From the NCBI GenBank assembly GCA_963593385.1, contig CAVAZS010000001.1, forward strand, positions 45,020-109,019: 64,000 nt of DNA, given 5' to 3'. Of this stretch, positions 1 through 9,185 are shown piece after piece (the first letter of the stretch is position 1; every line of letters begins with the position of its first letter). The notes under the pieces were generated by a model that saw only the letters and a program-made list of their open reading frames with translations, did not search any database and was not told the origin of the DNA. The stretch is from Lachnospiraceae bacterium. Lineage in GTDB: Bacteria > Bacillota_I > Bacilli_A > Erysipelotrichales > Erysipelotrichaceae. Both the position numbers and the translations under genes were made by a program.

Positions 1-284
1 ATATCTTTACGGAACTCTTTTAATTCTTTTCCTTTGATTTTTGCAATATCTTTTCCTTCAAATTCAATAGAACCAGCATATGGCTCATATAATTTAACAA
101 TTGTTCTACCTAGTGTAGTCTTACCACAACCAGATTCACCTACTAAACCAAATGTCTCATTAGGCATAACATCAAATGAAACATCATCTACTGCTTTAAC
201 GATTTGTTTTTTGGCAAATACACCTTTTGTAACATCAAAATATGTTTTAAGGTTGCGTACACTTAAAATTGGACTTTCACTCAT
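1..284 (-). CDS. oppF: Oligopeptide ABC transporter ATP-binding subunit OppF-like (5' part; runs off window start)
   Basis: Not in the ORF track; manual translation from ATG at 284 gives MSESPILSVRNLKTYF...VKAVDDVSF...GLVGESGCGKTTLGRTIVKLYEP (Walker A); ATGA overlap with the oppD stop. Confidence 0.85.
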   Translation of the reverse strand, partial: MSESPILSVRNLKTYFDVTKGVFAKKQIVKAVDDVSFDVMPNETFGLVGESGCGKTTLGRTIVKLYEPYAGSIEFEGKDIAKIKGKELKEFRKD

Positions 285-1282
285 TTTGCCACCGCCTCTT
301 TTTTTAGTAACCAGCAAGCACATTCATGTGTTTCACTGAAACTTGTAACTTCTGGAAGTTCATTCTTACAAATTTTCATTGCTTTAGGACAACGATCTAC
401 AAAAGGACATCCTTTTGGAGGATTTAACAAATCAGGTGGTGAACCAGCAATAGGTTGTAATGGTTCATCATCGTCATCTTCTGGGTTTGCAATACAATTT
501 AGTAATCCTTGAGTATATGGATGTTTAGGGTCATAGAAGATATCTTTATCAGTACCAATTTCTACAATCTTACCACCATACATTATTGCAATACGATCAC
601 ATAACTTAGCCACAACACCTAAGTCATGAGAAATCATAATAATTGCAGAATTACTTTGTTTCTTTAGTTCATCAATTAATTCTAGAACTTGTGCTTGAAT
701 CGTAACGTCAAGAGCAGTTGTAGGTTCATCAGCGATAATTAATTTAGGACTATTGGCTAAAGCAATCGCAATGACAATTCTTTGTCTCATACCACCTGAA
801 AATTCAAATGGATATTGCTCAATTCTCTTTTCAGGAGAAGGAATTCCAACCTTCTTCATTAGTTCAATTGCTTGTTTCTTAGCTTCTTCTCTAGAAACAT
901 GATGGTGATTCATAATAGGTTCAATTAATTGTGTACCTATTTTTAAAATTGGATTCAAGAATGTCATAGGATCTTGGAAAATCATTGCCATAGTATTCCC
1001 ACGTAATTCTTGCATCATTTTTTCATATTCTTTTTTTGTTGCAAAATTTCCACGTGAAATATCTTTCCCATCAAAAGATACTTTACCACTTGTTACTTGT
1101 GCATTATCAGCTAAAAGACCAATAATTGTATACATTGTCTGACTCTTACCAGAACCAGATTCACCAACGATACCTAAAGCTTCACCTTGTTCTACATGAA
1201 ACGAAACATTTCGAACTGCTTTTACAATACCTTGGTCTGTTTTAAACTGTGTACATAAATCTTGTACTTCAAGTAATGCCAT
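281..1282 (-). CDS. oppD: Oligopeptide ABC transporter ATP-binding subunit OppD
   Basis: GESGSGKS Walker A, FSGGMRQR signature, IIADEPTTALD, HPYT and C-terminal Cys cluster; start moved to ATG 1282 (MALLEV) after a GGGGGTGA RBS. Confidence 0.92.
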   Translation of the reverse strand: MALLEVQDLCTQFKTDQGIVKAVRNVSFHVEQGEALGIVGESGSGKSQTMYTIIGLLADNAQVTSGKVSFDGKDISRGNFATKKEYEKMMQELRGNTMAMIFQDPMTFLNPILKIGTQLIEPIMNHHHVSREEAKKQAIELMKKVGIPSPEKRIEQYPFEFSGGMRQRIVIAIALANSPKLIIADEPTTALDVTIQAQVLELIDELKKQSNSAIIMISHDLGVVAKLCDRIAIMYGGKIVEIGTDKDIFYDPKHPYTQGLLNCIANPEDDDDEPLQPIAGSPPDLLNPPKGCPFVDRCPKAMKICKNELPEVTSFSETHECACWLLKKEAVAK

Positions 1283-1468
1283 ATGTTCAGTCACCCCCAA
1301 AACGTTAATAGAGAAAAATAACACTAAAATCTCTATAACATAATCGATAGAATACACTAATTTTTTACGTATTTCAAGAATTTTTTCACTATTTTACTGA
1401 AATATTTTCATTTTTCTTTTCAATATTTGTGATAATATTTTCATGTATATGTATTTAGGAGGCATTAT

Positions 1469-2905
1469 ATGCAATTTGATTTATCTAAAAGATATTGTTA
1501 TTACTTCAATGAAATTTCAAAGATTCCTCATGGATCTAGAAATGAAAAAGGTATTTCTGATTTCATTGTAAATTTTGCAAAGGAACATAACTTAACTTAT
1601 AAACAAGATGAAGTTTACAATGTAATTATTGAAAAGCCCGCTTCAAGTGGCTATGAAGATTCTGAACCAATTATTTTACAAGCACATATCGATATGGTTA
1701 ATGAAAAGAATAAAACTTCTGATCATGATTTTGATAAAGATCCATTAGATTTATATGTAGATGAAAATGGATGGTTACATGCAAAAGGAACTACTCTTGG
1801 TGCAGATGATGGTAAAGGTGTTGCTTATATGTTAGCAATATTAGAAGATGATTCCTTAGCCCACCCTTTCCTTCAATGTTACTTTACATCAATGGAAGAA
1901 ATTGGATTACTAGGTGCTGTCAATCTAAAAGCAGAAGATGTTAAAGCAAATAAGATGATTAATCTAGATGGTGGTGGTGAATTTGTCACAACAACAAGTT
2001 CTGCTGGTGGTGCGAACGTATTTGTTACAAAAGAAGTACATTTTGAAGACAATACAGATGCAACATATCAATTAGAAGTTAGAGGTTTACTTGGTGGTCA
2101 CTCCGGAACACTTATCCATACAGAAAAAGGAAATGCAAATATTATCGCTACTAGAATTTTAAAAGAATTAGAACTTAAAGGTTTCGATGTAACATTAGTA
2201 TCATTTAACGGTGGTCTAAAAGATAATGCAATACCTCGTGAAGCAGATGTTGTATTTACAAGCACTACCCCTTTTGAAGAATTAGAAAAAGAAGCAACAA
2301 AGAGTATTGCAGGAATTTGGAAAGAATTAGAATTTAGTGATGCGGGATTCAATGCAAAAATTGTTCCTATTGAAACAGCAAGCAAAAAATTTAACAAAGA
2401 AGATTCAGAATGTTGCTTGAATTATGCATATCTAACACCTAATGGATTCCAACATAAATCAATGGCAATTGAAGGATTAACGCAAAGTTCTACTAACCTT
2501 GGTGTAATTACTACAGATAATCATTCTGTATTATTTGATCACCTAATCCGTTCTAGCATAGACGCATCTACTTTTGACTTACTTCATAAGATGGAAACCT
2601 TAGCCAACTTATTTGGTATGACTGTAGAAGCCAATACGAATATCAAAGCATGGTCATTTGAAGCTGTTTCTCCAATGCGTGATTTATATCGTAAGATCTT
2701 AAAAGAAAGAGGCTTAGAATTAAAAGAAGTCGCAATTCATGGAGGACTTGAAACTGGCGTATTTAAAGGCTTAAATCCAAAATTAGATATCATCACAATG
2801 GGTGCGATATCTGAAGGAGCTCATACACCTGATGAAAAATTAGATTTAGCATCATTTGATCGAACATATACAATACTTTGTGATTTCTTAAAAGAAAGTA
2901 AATAA
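1469..2905 (+). CDS. pepD: Aminoacyl-histidine dipeptidase (M20C, PepD-like)
   Basis: LQAHIDMV, TTLGADDGKG, EEIGLLGA, GGHSG, IHGGLETG, AHTPDE motifs; AGGAGG RBS. Confidence 0.9.
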   Translation: MQFDLSKRYCYYFNEISKIPHGSRNEKGISDFIVNFAKEHNLTYKQDEVYNVIIEKPASSGYEDSEPIILQAHIDMVNEKNKTSDHDFDKDPLDLYVDENGWLHAKGTTLGADDGKGVAYMLAILEDDSLAHPFLQCYFTSMEEIGLLGAVNLKAEDVKANKMINLDGGGEFVTTTSSAGGANVFVTKEVHFEDNTDATYQLEVRGLLGGHSGTLIHTEKGNANIIATRILKELELKGFDVTLVSFNGGLKDNAIPREADVVFTSTTPFEELEKEATKSIAGIWKELEFSDAGFNAKIVPIETASKKFNKEDSECCLNYAYLTPNGFQHKSMAIEGLTQSSTNLGVITTDNHSVLFDHLIRSSIDASTFDLLHKMETLANLFGMTVEANTNIKAWSFEAVSPMRDLYRKILKERGLELKEVAIHGGLETGVFKGLNPKLDIITMGAISEGAHTPDEKLDLASFDRTYTILCDFLKESK

Positions 2906-2909
2906 CTCA

Positions 2910-2951
2910 AAAAGACTGCTACTCATCAATAATGATGAATAACAGTCTTTT
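2910..2951. terminator. Bidirectional intrinsic terminator between convergent pepD and engB
   Basis: AAAAGACTG...CAGTCTTTT inverted repeat with inner TCATCA/TGATGA pairing. Confidence 0.7.
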
Positions 2952-2953
2952 CT

Positions 2954-3541
2954 TTATTGTTTATAACAAATTTGTTCAATTCTATCTAAGATTTTATCCA
3001 TGCCCGTATGATTAATATTAGAACAAGGATATAAGCTTTCTTTAGGAATACCTAATGTCTTAGATATATTTTGTAAAGAGTTAAATAATTGGTTATTAGA
3101 TAACTTATCTGCTTTTGTACAAGCTCCTAATATAGCGATATGAGAATTTCTAGCATATTCAACCATATGAATATCATCTTCATTTGGTACTCTTCTAGAG
3201 TCTAACACAATAACCATTGCCTTTAAGTTTTCTCTTCTAGAAAAATATGTTTCCATAAGATAACCAAAATCTATAGCTGATTTATCGCCACCTGAGGCAA
3301 AACCATATCCAGGTGCATCGCAATAAATATACTTATCATCGATGTTAAAGAAATTTAATAGTTTTGTTTTACCAGGTGTTTTACCACTATATGCAAGATT
3401 TTTACGATTCGTCAAACTGTTAATCAAGCTACTTTTACCCGAATTACTTCTTCCAACAAACACAATTTCTGGAAGACTTGTTTCAGGATAATCTTTTAAG
3501 AACTTACCACTTGTTACAAATTTTGCGTCGTAATATTTCAT
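2954..3541 (-). CDS. engB: Ribosome biogenesis GTPase EngB/YsxC (YihA)
   Basis: GRSNSGKSS (G1), TPGKT, DAPGYG, TKADK; typical position after lon. Confidence 0.95.
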   Translation of the reverse strand: MKYYDAKFVTSGKFLKDYPETSLPEIVFVGRSNSGKSSLINSLTNRKNLAYSGKTPGKTKLLNFFNIDDKYIYCDAPGYGFASGGDKSAIDFGYLMETYFSRRENLKAMVIVLDSRRVPNEDDIHMVEYARNSHIAILGACTKADKLSNNQLFNSLQNISKTLGIPKESLYPCSNINHTGMDKILDRIEQICYKQ

Positions 3542-5856
3542 GCTTTTACGAGTGCTTCCTTAAGCACTTGATCCATTGTTTCTACAGGAACAAAAGTTAC
3601 ACTTTCTTTTACTGTATCAGGAACATCATCTAAATCTCTAACATTAGCTTTAGGAATTAGAATCTTTTTAATACCTGCACGATGAGCAGCTAAACTCTTT
3701 TCTCTTAAGCCACCAATTGGTAATACATTACCTCTTAAAGTAACTTCACCAGTCATTGCTAAATCACTATGAACAGCTTTATTACTTAAAGCAGAAACTA
3801 AGGCAGTCGTTAATGTTACACCTGCACTAGGTCCATCTTTTGGTACAGCACCTTCTGGAACATGGATATGAATATCATGTTCACTAAAGAACTTAGGATC
3901 AATATCATATTCTTTTGCATGAGCTTTAACATAGTCTAATGCAATTTCAGCACTTTCCTTCATGACATCACCTAATTTACCAGTCATGATTAGGTTTCCT
4001 TTACCTTCAAAGTAATTCACTTCTACAGATAAAACATCACCACCAAATTGTGTATAAGCAAGACCTGTCACAACACCAACTTGATTCTTCTTTTCTTTCA
4101 CACCATAATCAAAGATTTCTTTACCAAGCCACTCTTTAATTACTTTTTCTGTAACTGTAACAGATTTTTTACCATCATTTAAGATAGCAAGTACTGTCTT
4201 ACGACATAAAGAACCAATTAATCTTTCTAATTGTCTAACACCTGCTTCACGAGTGTAATGACGAATTAAGAATAAGATTTCTTTTTCTTTTAGCTTAAAT
4301 TGAGTAGATTTAAGACCATTCACTTTGATTTGTTTAGGAATCAAATGTTCTAAAGCAATATGAACTTTATCTAATTCTGTATAAGAAGGAAGTTCAATAA
4401 TCTCTAAACGATCTTGTAAAGGAGCTGGAATATTATCTAAATAGTTTGCTGTAGCAATAAACATAACTTTAGATAAATCATATGCTTCTTCTAGATAGTG
4501 ATCACTAAATAAAGCATTTTGTTCAGGGTCTAATACTTCTAGTAAGGCACTACTTGGATCACCCTTGTAGTCATATCCCATCTTATCAATTTCATCAATT
4601 AAGAATACAGGATTAATTACACCAGCTTGTTTCATTCCTTGAATGACTCTACCTGGCATTGCTCCTAAATACGTTCTTCTATGACCTCTAATTTCAGCTT
4701 CATCTTTCACACCACCTAAACTCATTTTCACAAATTTACGGTTAATACTTCTAGCAATAGATTTAGCTAAAGATGTTTTACCAACACCTGGTGGACCAAC
4801 TAAGCAAATAATAGGAGCATTTAATGTGCCTGTCATTTCTTTAACAGCTAGATATTCCATGATTCTTTCTTTAACTTTCTTTAGACCATAATGATCTTCA
4901 TCAAGTATCTTTTGTACTTCTTTTAAATCACGATTATCTTCAGTTGTTTCATACCAAGGAACATTTAGTAACCATTCTAGATAGTTTCTTGAAACACTAG
5001 CTTCACTACTAGCTTGAGGAATCATTTCATAACGTTTTAATTCTTCACGAGCTTTTTTCTTTACGTGTTCTGGATAAGGATTTTTTTCAATCTTATCTCT
5101 TAATTCTTGTGTATCATCAGAGAAATTAGAAACATCTCCTAATTCTTCTTTGATAGCTTTTAATTTTTCACGTAAATAATATTCTTTTTGTGAATCATCA
5201 ATTGATTCTTTTACTCTATCATTAATGTCCGCTTCAATTTCATTCATCTTTTGTTGTTTTTCCAATTCATGAATGATCATGAGCATTCTCTCATTAACAT
5301 TTAATTCTTCAAGTAATTTTTGTTTTACGGCTATATCTAAAGGAAAATATTGGGCAAATTGATCCGTTAATGATTCAGCACTTACACCTTGAGTTAATGT
5401 ATTTAGTACATCTGATGGGAAAGCTGAAGCTAAGTTACCGAATTTACTAAATTCTTCAACAATCTTTTTTACATATGCTACTTCTTCTAGTGAATCACCT
5501 TTTTGATCATCTAATGGTTCAATTGTACCAACCATCATTTTATCGTCTTCCGTAATTGAAATTAATTTAGCACGTTTCATCCCTGTAAAAGTAACACGCA
5601 TAAAACCATCTTTACGACGTACCACTTTTATTTTACTTAATGTACCAACTTGATAGATGTCATCAATTGTAGGATCTTCTACCATGATGTCTTTTTGACA
5701 TGAGATAAATACCATATTGTCATATGAATTTCCTGCTTCTTGAACAGCATTAATAGATTTTTGACGACCTACTTCTACCATTACATCTTGTCCAGGAAAA
5801 ACGACAACACCACGAGTACAAATAACTGGTAAATATAATGTTGGATTCTTACTCAT
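3538..5856 (-). CDS. lon: ATP-dependent Lon protease
   Basis: GPPGVGKTS, GHRRTYLGAMPG, PKDGPSAG catalytic Ser, PIGGLREK; start moved to ATG 5856 after AAAGGAGG. Confidence 0.97.
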   Translation of the reverse strand: MSKNPTLYLPVICTRGVVVFPGQDVMVEVGRQKSINAVQEAGNSYDNMVFISCQKDIMVEDPTIDDIYQVGTLSKIKVVRRKDGFMRVTFTGMKRAKLISITEDDKMMVGTIEPLDDQKGDSLEEVAYVKKIVEEFSKFGNLASAFPSDVLNTLTQGVSAESLTDQFAQYFPLDIAVKQKLLEELNVNERMLMIIHELEKQQKMNEIEADINDRVKESIDDSQKEYYLREKLKAIKEELGDVSNFSDDTQELRDKIEKNPYPEHVKKKAREELKRYEMIPQASSEASVSRNYLEWLLNVPWYETTEDNRDLKEVQKILDEDHYGLKKVKERIMEYLAVKEMTGTLNAPIICLVGPPGVGKTSLAKSIARSINRKFVKMSLGGVKDEAEIRGHRRTYLGAMPGRVIQGMKQAGVINPVFLIDEIDKMGYDYKGDPSSALLEVLDPEQNALFSDHYLEEAYDLSKVMFIATANYLDNIPAPLQDRLEIIELPSYTELDKVHIALEHLIPKQIKVNGLKSTQFKLKEKEILFLIRHYTREAGVRQLERLIGSLCRKTVLAILNDGKKSVTVTEKVIKEWLGKEIFDYGVKEKKNQVGVVTGLAYTQFGGDVLSVEVNYFEGKGNLIMTGKLGDVMKESAEIALDYVKAHAKEYDIDPKFFSEHDIHIHVPEGAVPKDGPSAGVTLTTALVSALSNKAVHSDLAMTGEVTLRGNVLPIGGLREKSLAAHRAGIKKILIPKANVRDLDDVPDTVKESVTFVPVETMDQVLKEALVKA

Positions 5857-5876
5857 ATATAACCTCCTTTTTGACA

Positions 5877-5904
5877 AAATAAGACGCTTTCTAGCGTCTT
5901 ATTT
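5877..5904 (-). terminator. Hairpin/terminator between tig and lon
   Basis: AAATAAGACGCT-ttct-AGCGTCTTATTT perfect 12-bp stem. Confidence 0.7.
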
Positions 5905-5926
5905 ATTCATATACTGTAATTTGTTG

Positions 5927-7234
5927 TTACTCTGCGCTATTTTCTTCAGCTTTAACAACGTTTTTGTTTGCTTTATCTTTAATGAAATCAACAGCTAGAG
6001 ATAGTTTTAAATCATGCTTAACCATTTCAGCATCAAGAGCTTGTTTTACTTTTCCAACTTCCATTTGGTATTGATCAGCAATCTTCTTGAATTCTTCTTC
6101 TACTTGTTCTTCAGTTGGAAGTAAGTTTTCTTTCTTAGCTACTTCGCCTAATACAAGACGTAGTTTAACTTGTTTTTCAGCATTTTCTCTATAGTCTTCC
6201 ATTACTTGTTCTACAGTTTTACCCATAGCTTTAATGTAGTCATTAAAATTCATACCAAATTGTTGAACTTGACCAGCTAGTTGGTTAACTAAGTATTGTT
6301 CTTCTTGCTTAATCATTGATTCAGGAATTTCAACTTCAGCTTTTTCAGTTAAGCTATTCATTAATCCTTCTTCAGCTTCGCTTTCAGCAGAGTTCTTCTT
6401 GTTTGTTTCCAAACGTTCACGAACTTTAGCTTTTAAATCATCTACTGTTTCAACACCTGGGATATTTACATCTTCTGCAAATTCATCATTTAGTTCAGGT
6501 AAAACTTCACGTTTAACTTCACTTACATGAACTTTGAATACTACTGCTGCACCCTTTAATTCTTCAGCAAAGTAATCTTCAGGGAATGTTAAGTTGATAT
6601 CACGATCTTCACCAGCTTTAACACCAACTAATTGATCTTCAAAGCCAGGGATGAATGAATTACTACCTAATACTAAGTGGTGTCCTTCAGCTTTACCGCC
6701 ATCGAATTCTACACCATCTTTGTATCCTGTATAGTCGATTACAACTGTATCGCCATTTTCTGCTTCGCCTTCAACTGTTTCCATTTCAGCATAAGTCTTA
6801 CGCATTCTATTGATTTCTGCATCTAATTCTTCATCAGATACACTTGTTTCTTTAACGTTATAATCTAGACCTGTATATTCGCCTAATTTAACTTCTGGTT
6901 CAACTTCAAATGTATAAACTAAAGTTGCACTATTAGCATCCATGCTCTTAATGTTTACAGATGGTTGTGAAATAGGTTCTACACCTGCTTCTGTCATACC
7001 AGAAATTAACCATGCATTTAAGTTAGCATCAATTGCTTCAACCATAACTTGGTTTTCGTTAACATATTTCTTTAACATATTTTCAGGTACTTTACCTTTA
7101 CGGAAACCTGGAATGCTAACGTTCTTAGCTAATTTCTTGAATGCTTTATCTAAAGCATTTGTCCATTCTTCACCAGAAACTGTTACTTCTAAGTCTCCAG
7201 TTGATTTTTCTTTTAAATTAAATACTGCTGCCAT
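5927..7234 (-). CDS. tig: Trigger factor
   Basis: IPGFRKGKVP ribosome-binding motif, FKBP domain (FDGGKAE, FIPGFEDQL, FPEDY). Confidence 0.97.
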   Translation of the reverse strand: MAAVFNLKEKSTGDLEVTVSGEEWTNALDKAFKKLAKNVSIPGFRKGKVPENMLKKYVNENQVMVEAIDANLNAWLISGMTEAGVEPISQPSVNIKSMDANSATLVYTFEVEPEVKLGEYTGLDYNVKETSVSDEELDAEINRMRKTYAEMETVEGEAENGDTVVIDYTGYKDGVEFDGGKAEGHHLVLGSNSFIPGFEDQLVGVKAGEDRDINLTFPEDYFAEELKGAAVVFKVHVSEVKREVLPELNDEFAEDVNIPGVETVDDLKAKVRERLETNKKNSAESEAEEGLMNSLTEKAEVEIPESMIKQEEQYLVNQLAGQVQQFGMNFNDYIKAMGKTVEQVMEDYRENAEKQVKLRLVLGEVAKKENLLPTEEQVEEEFKKIADQYQMEVGKVKQALDAEMVKHDLKLSLAVDFIKDKANKNVVKAEENSAE

Positions 7235-7318
7235 TTTATAAGCTCCTTTCAGCTATATTTCTTTTTAACTGTAACAGTATATCAAAAATATCTTTTTTCT
7301 GCTACAAATTACACAGAA

Positions 7319-7345
7319 TTAGCACTCTTTTTATCTTCGTGCTAA
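7319..7345. promoter_or_regulatory. CIRCE-like element 1 (HrcA operator)
   Basis: TTAGCACTC-N9-TCGTGCTAA, 16/18 match to TTAGCACTC-N9-GAGTGCTAA. Confidence 0.8.
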
Positions 7346-7348
7346 ATC

Positions 7349-7377
7349 AGCATAAAACTGAATTTTGGCACTGTCAA
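7349..7377 (-). promoter_or_regulatory. Sigma-A type promoter for tig-lon-engB
   Basis: Minus strand TTGACA (7377-7372), 17 nt, TATGCT (7354-7349). Confidence 0.7.
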
Positions 7378-7391
7378 GTACAGAATGCTAA
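7365..7391. promoter_or_regulatory. CIRCE-like element 2 overlapping the -35 box
   Basis: TTGGCACTG-N9-GAATGCTAA, 15/18 match to the CIRCE consensus. Confidence 0.7.
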
Positions 7392-8053
7392 TTTTTATCA
7401 TTTTCTTCAATTTCAGTAAGTAAATTTTCAATTTCTTGAACTATTTCATCCTTTAAATATTCAGCTTCCTCTTCTTCATAAGTTAAAGGTAAATATAAGT
7501 ATACTTTATGAATCAATATGCTTTTAGCAAGTTGAAATACGGATGGATTTTTCAAATATTCATCTTGTAATAAATCTAAAGCTTTTAATAAACCTTTACT
7601 TTTTGTCACAGGAACTACTTCATCCGCAAAGAATGTATATTCAATTCCATCTTTCTTTAGTGTGAATTCATCATCAATTTCTTGTTCAGCAAGAGCTTCA
7701 ATGATTAGTGCTGCCGCTTCTGGACAAGGATCTTTTCCTAAATAGTTTTGTAATTCTTCAACACAACTTCTAAGATTACGATCTTGTAATGCATTAGCTG
7801 CAGCGAGTTGACTTTGCGCTTTACCATGTCTTAACTTAGACAAAAGATCTTCTAAACTTTCTTCATGAAGATTTCTTTTATCACTTTTTGCATAAGCTAA
7901 ATCTTTCTTTAATTTATGCAATGTTTCTTCAACATCTTGTGGAATATAAGGCATAGATAATTCTTTTTTCAAAAGATAATCAGCTTCTTCTATTTCGCCT
8001 TTGTTCATTGCATTTTTAATTTCTTCAATAATCTCGTTATAATAATTTTCCAT
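7388..8053 (-). CDS. Conserved hypothetical protein, DUF3196-like
   Basis: N-terminal NYYNEIIEEI...ELSMPYIP motif recalled from Mollicutes/Erysipelotrichia DUF3196 proteins near tig; start 8053 or 8074. Confidence 0.6.
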   Translation of the reverse strand: MENYYNEIIEEIKNAMNKGEIEEADYLLKKELSMPYIPQDVEETLHKLKKDLAYAKSDKRNLHEESLEDLLSKLRHGKAQSQLAAANALQDRNLRSCVEELQNYLGKDPCPEAAALIIEALAEQEIDDEFTLKKDGIEYTFFADEVVPVTKSKGLLKALDLLQDEYLKNPSVFQLAKSILIHKVYLYLPLTYEEEEAEYLKDEIVQEIENLLTEIEENDKN

Positions 8054-8120
8054 ATTTTCACTCTTATCCAACATGTTAAATATAACAAAAAATCGCTTAT
8101 TCAGCGATTAATAAACTAAG

Positions 8121-8197
8121 TGGCGTCCACGGAGGGATTCGAACCCGCGACCACTCGCTTAGAAGGCGAGTGCTCTATCCAACTGAGCTACGTGGAC
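8121..8197 (-). tRNA. tRNA-Arg (anticodon UCU)
   Basis: Reverse complement GTCCACGTAGCTCAGTTGGATAGAGCACTCGCCTTCTAAGCGAGTGGTCGCGGGTTCGAATCCCTCCGTGGACGCCA folds as a cloverleaf; anticodon TCT; encoded CCA. Confidence 0.97.
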
Positions 8198-8224
8198 AAC
8201 ACAATGTATTATATCAAAGATTTT

Positions 8225-8710
8225 CTAATCTTGCAATGGCAAAATGTAATTTTTTCTTTCAATTTTTATTTTTTCATTTTCTAGTGTAATAATCATATAG
8301 CTTGGAGCACTTCCATCACGATTACACCAAATACTACCAGGGTTAAGTAATAAGATACCATCTTTCTCTGCTTCAGAATAACGATGTGTATGACCAAAGC
8401 ATACAATATCGCACCTATTTATTTTAGCTAAACGAATTAAACCATCATAACCAAAATAAACACCTTGACGATGTCCATGTGTTAACAAAAAACGATGTTT
8501 CCCTACTTCAAGAACTAATGTTTCGGGATAATCATAATCATAATCATTATTTCCTCTTACTCTAGCAAACCCACTTAAACTTTTATAAGGCATCTCACTA
8601 TCTCCACAATGAAAGAAGTAGTCCGCATCACGATAGTGTCTTTGTAGTTCTTGTAATGGTTCATCATGATAATGGTTATCACTCACAAGAATAATCTTTA
8701 TTTTTTTCAT
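8225..8710 (-). CDS. YfcE/YsnB-family metallophosphoesterase
   Basis: SDNH, HCGD, GNND, THGH, FGHTH, NPGS motifs. Confidence 0.9.
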   Translation of the reverse strand: MKKIKIILVSDNHYHDEPLQELQRHYRDADYFFHCGDSEMPYKSLSGFARVRGNNDYDYDYPETLVLEVGKHRFLLTHGHRQGVYFGYDGLIRLAKINRCDIVCFGHTHRYSEAEKDGILLLNPGSIWCNRDGSAPSYMIITLENEKIKIERKNYILPLQD

Positions 8711-8785
8711 AAACGAATAGTACCAAAAAAAAGAACAGTTGAAAATAGTAATCTTTTGTCGCTAAAATATATTTAGGAGAAAATT

Positions 8786-9166
8786 ATGAATCTATACCCT
8801 TATAACTTATATATATTAGTTGTCGCCTTAATCATTTTACTCATCTATGTTTGTTTAACATTAAAAAAGATTAAGCACTTATCTAAAAATATTCAAAACA
8901 GTTTATTAAAAGTAACAAATATCCAAACGAAGACAAATACCCTTCTTACAACTGTACTAACAAAAGTTTCAGAACAGAAAGCTATTTGTACAAGTGCCCT
9001 GAAAGCAATTAAGATTTATGCATTATGGAACGCAATATTTAAGGACTATAAGAAACAAGAATCGAAAGGAATGAAACAACTACATTCTTCCGCAACACAT
9101 GTTATACAAAAAAAACAAGCAAATACTTTAGTTTATCAAGCACTTGCTCGTATAATTTCTGAATAG
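8786..9166 (+). CDS. Hypothetical basic protein with N-terminal transmembrane helix
   Basis: AGGAG RBS; hydrophobic residues ~8-26; Lys-rich helical remainder. Confidence 0.65.
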   Translation: MNLYPYNLYILVVALIILLIYVCLTLKKIKHLSKNIQNSLLKVTNIQTKTNTLLTTVLTKVSEQKAICTSALKAIKIYALWNAIFKDYKKQESKGMKQLHSSATHVIQKKQANTLVYQALARIISE

Positions 9167-9185
9167 ATGTAAATTTACATCTATT
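9162..9185. terminator. Perfect 24-bp palindrome between convergent genes (probable bidirectional terminator)
   Basis: AATAGATGTAAATTTACATCTATT contains both TAG stop codons. Confidence 0.55.

Noticed and set aside
1046..1061. parS-like sequence ATTTCCACGTGAAATA (13/16)
   Set aside because: Single copy inside the oppD coding sequence with outer bases mismatched; no origin-type genes in the window
8060..8225. tRNA-Arg as a possible prophage or island integration site
   Set aside because: No duplicated tRNA 3' end and no integrase seen; flanked by core genes
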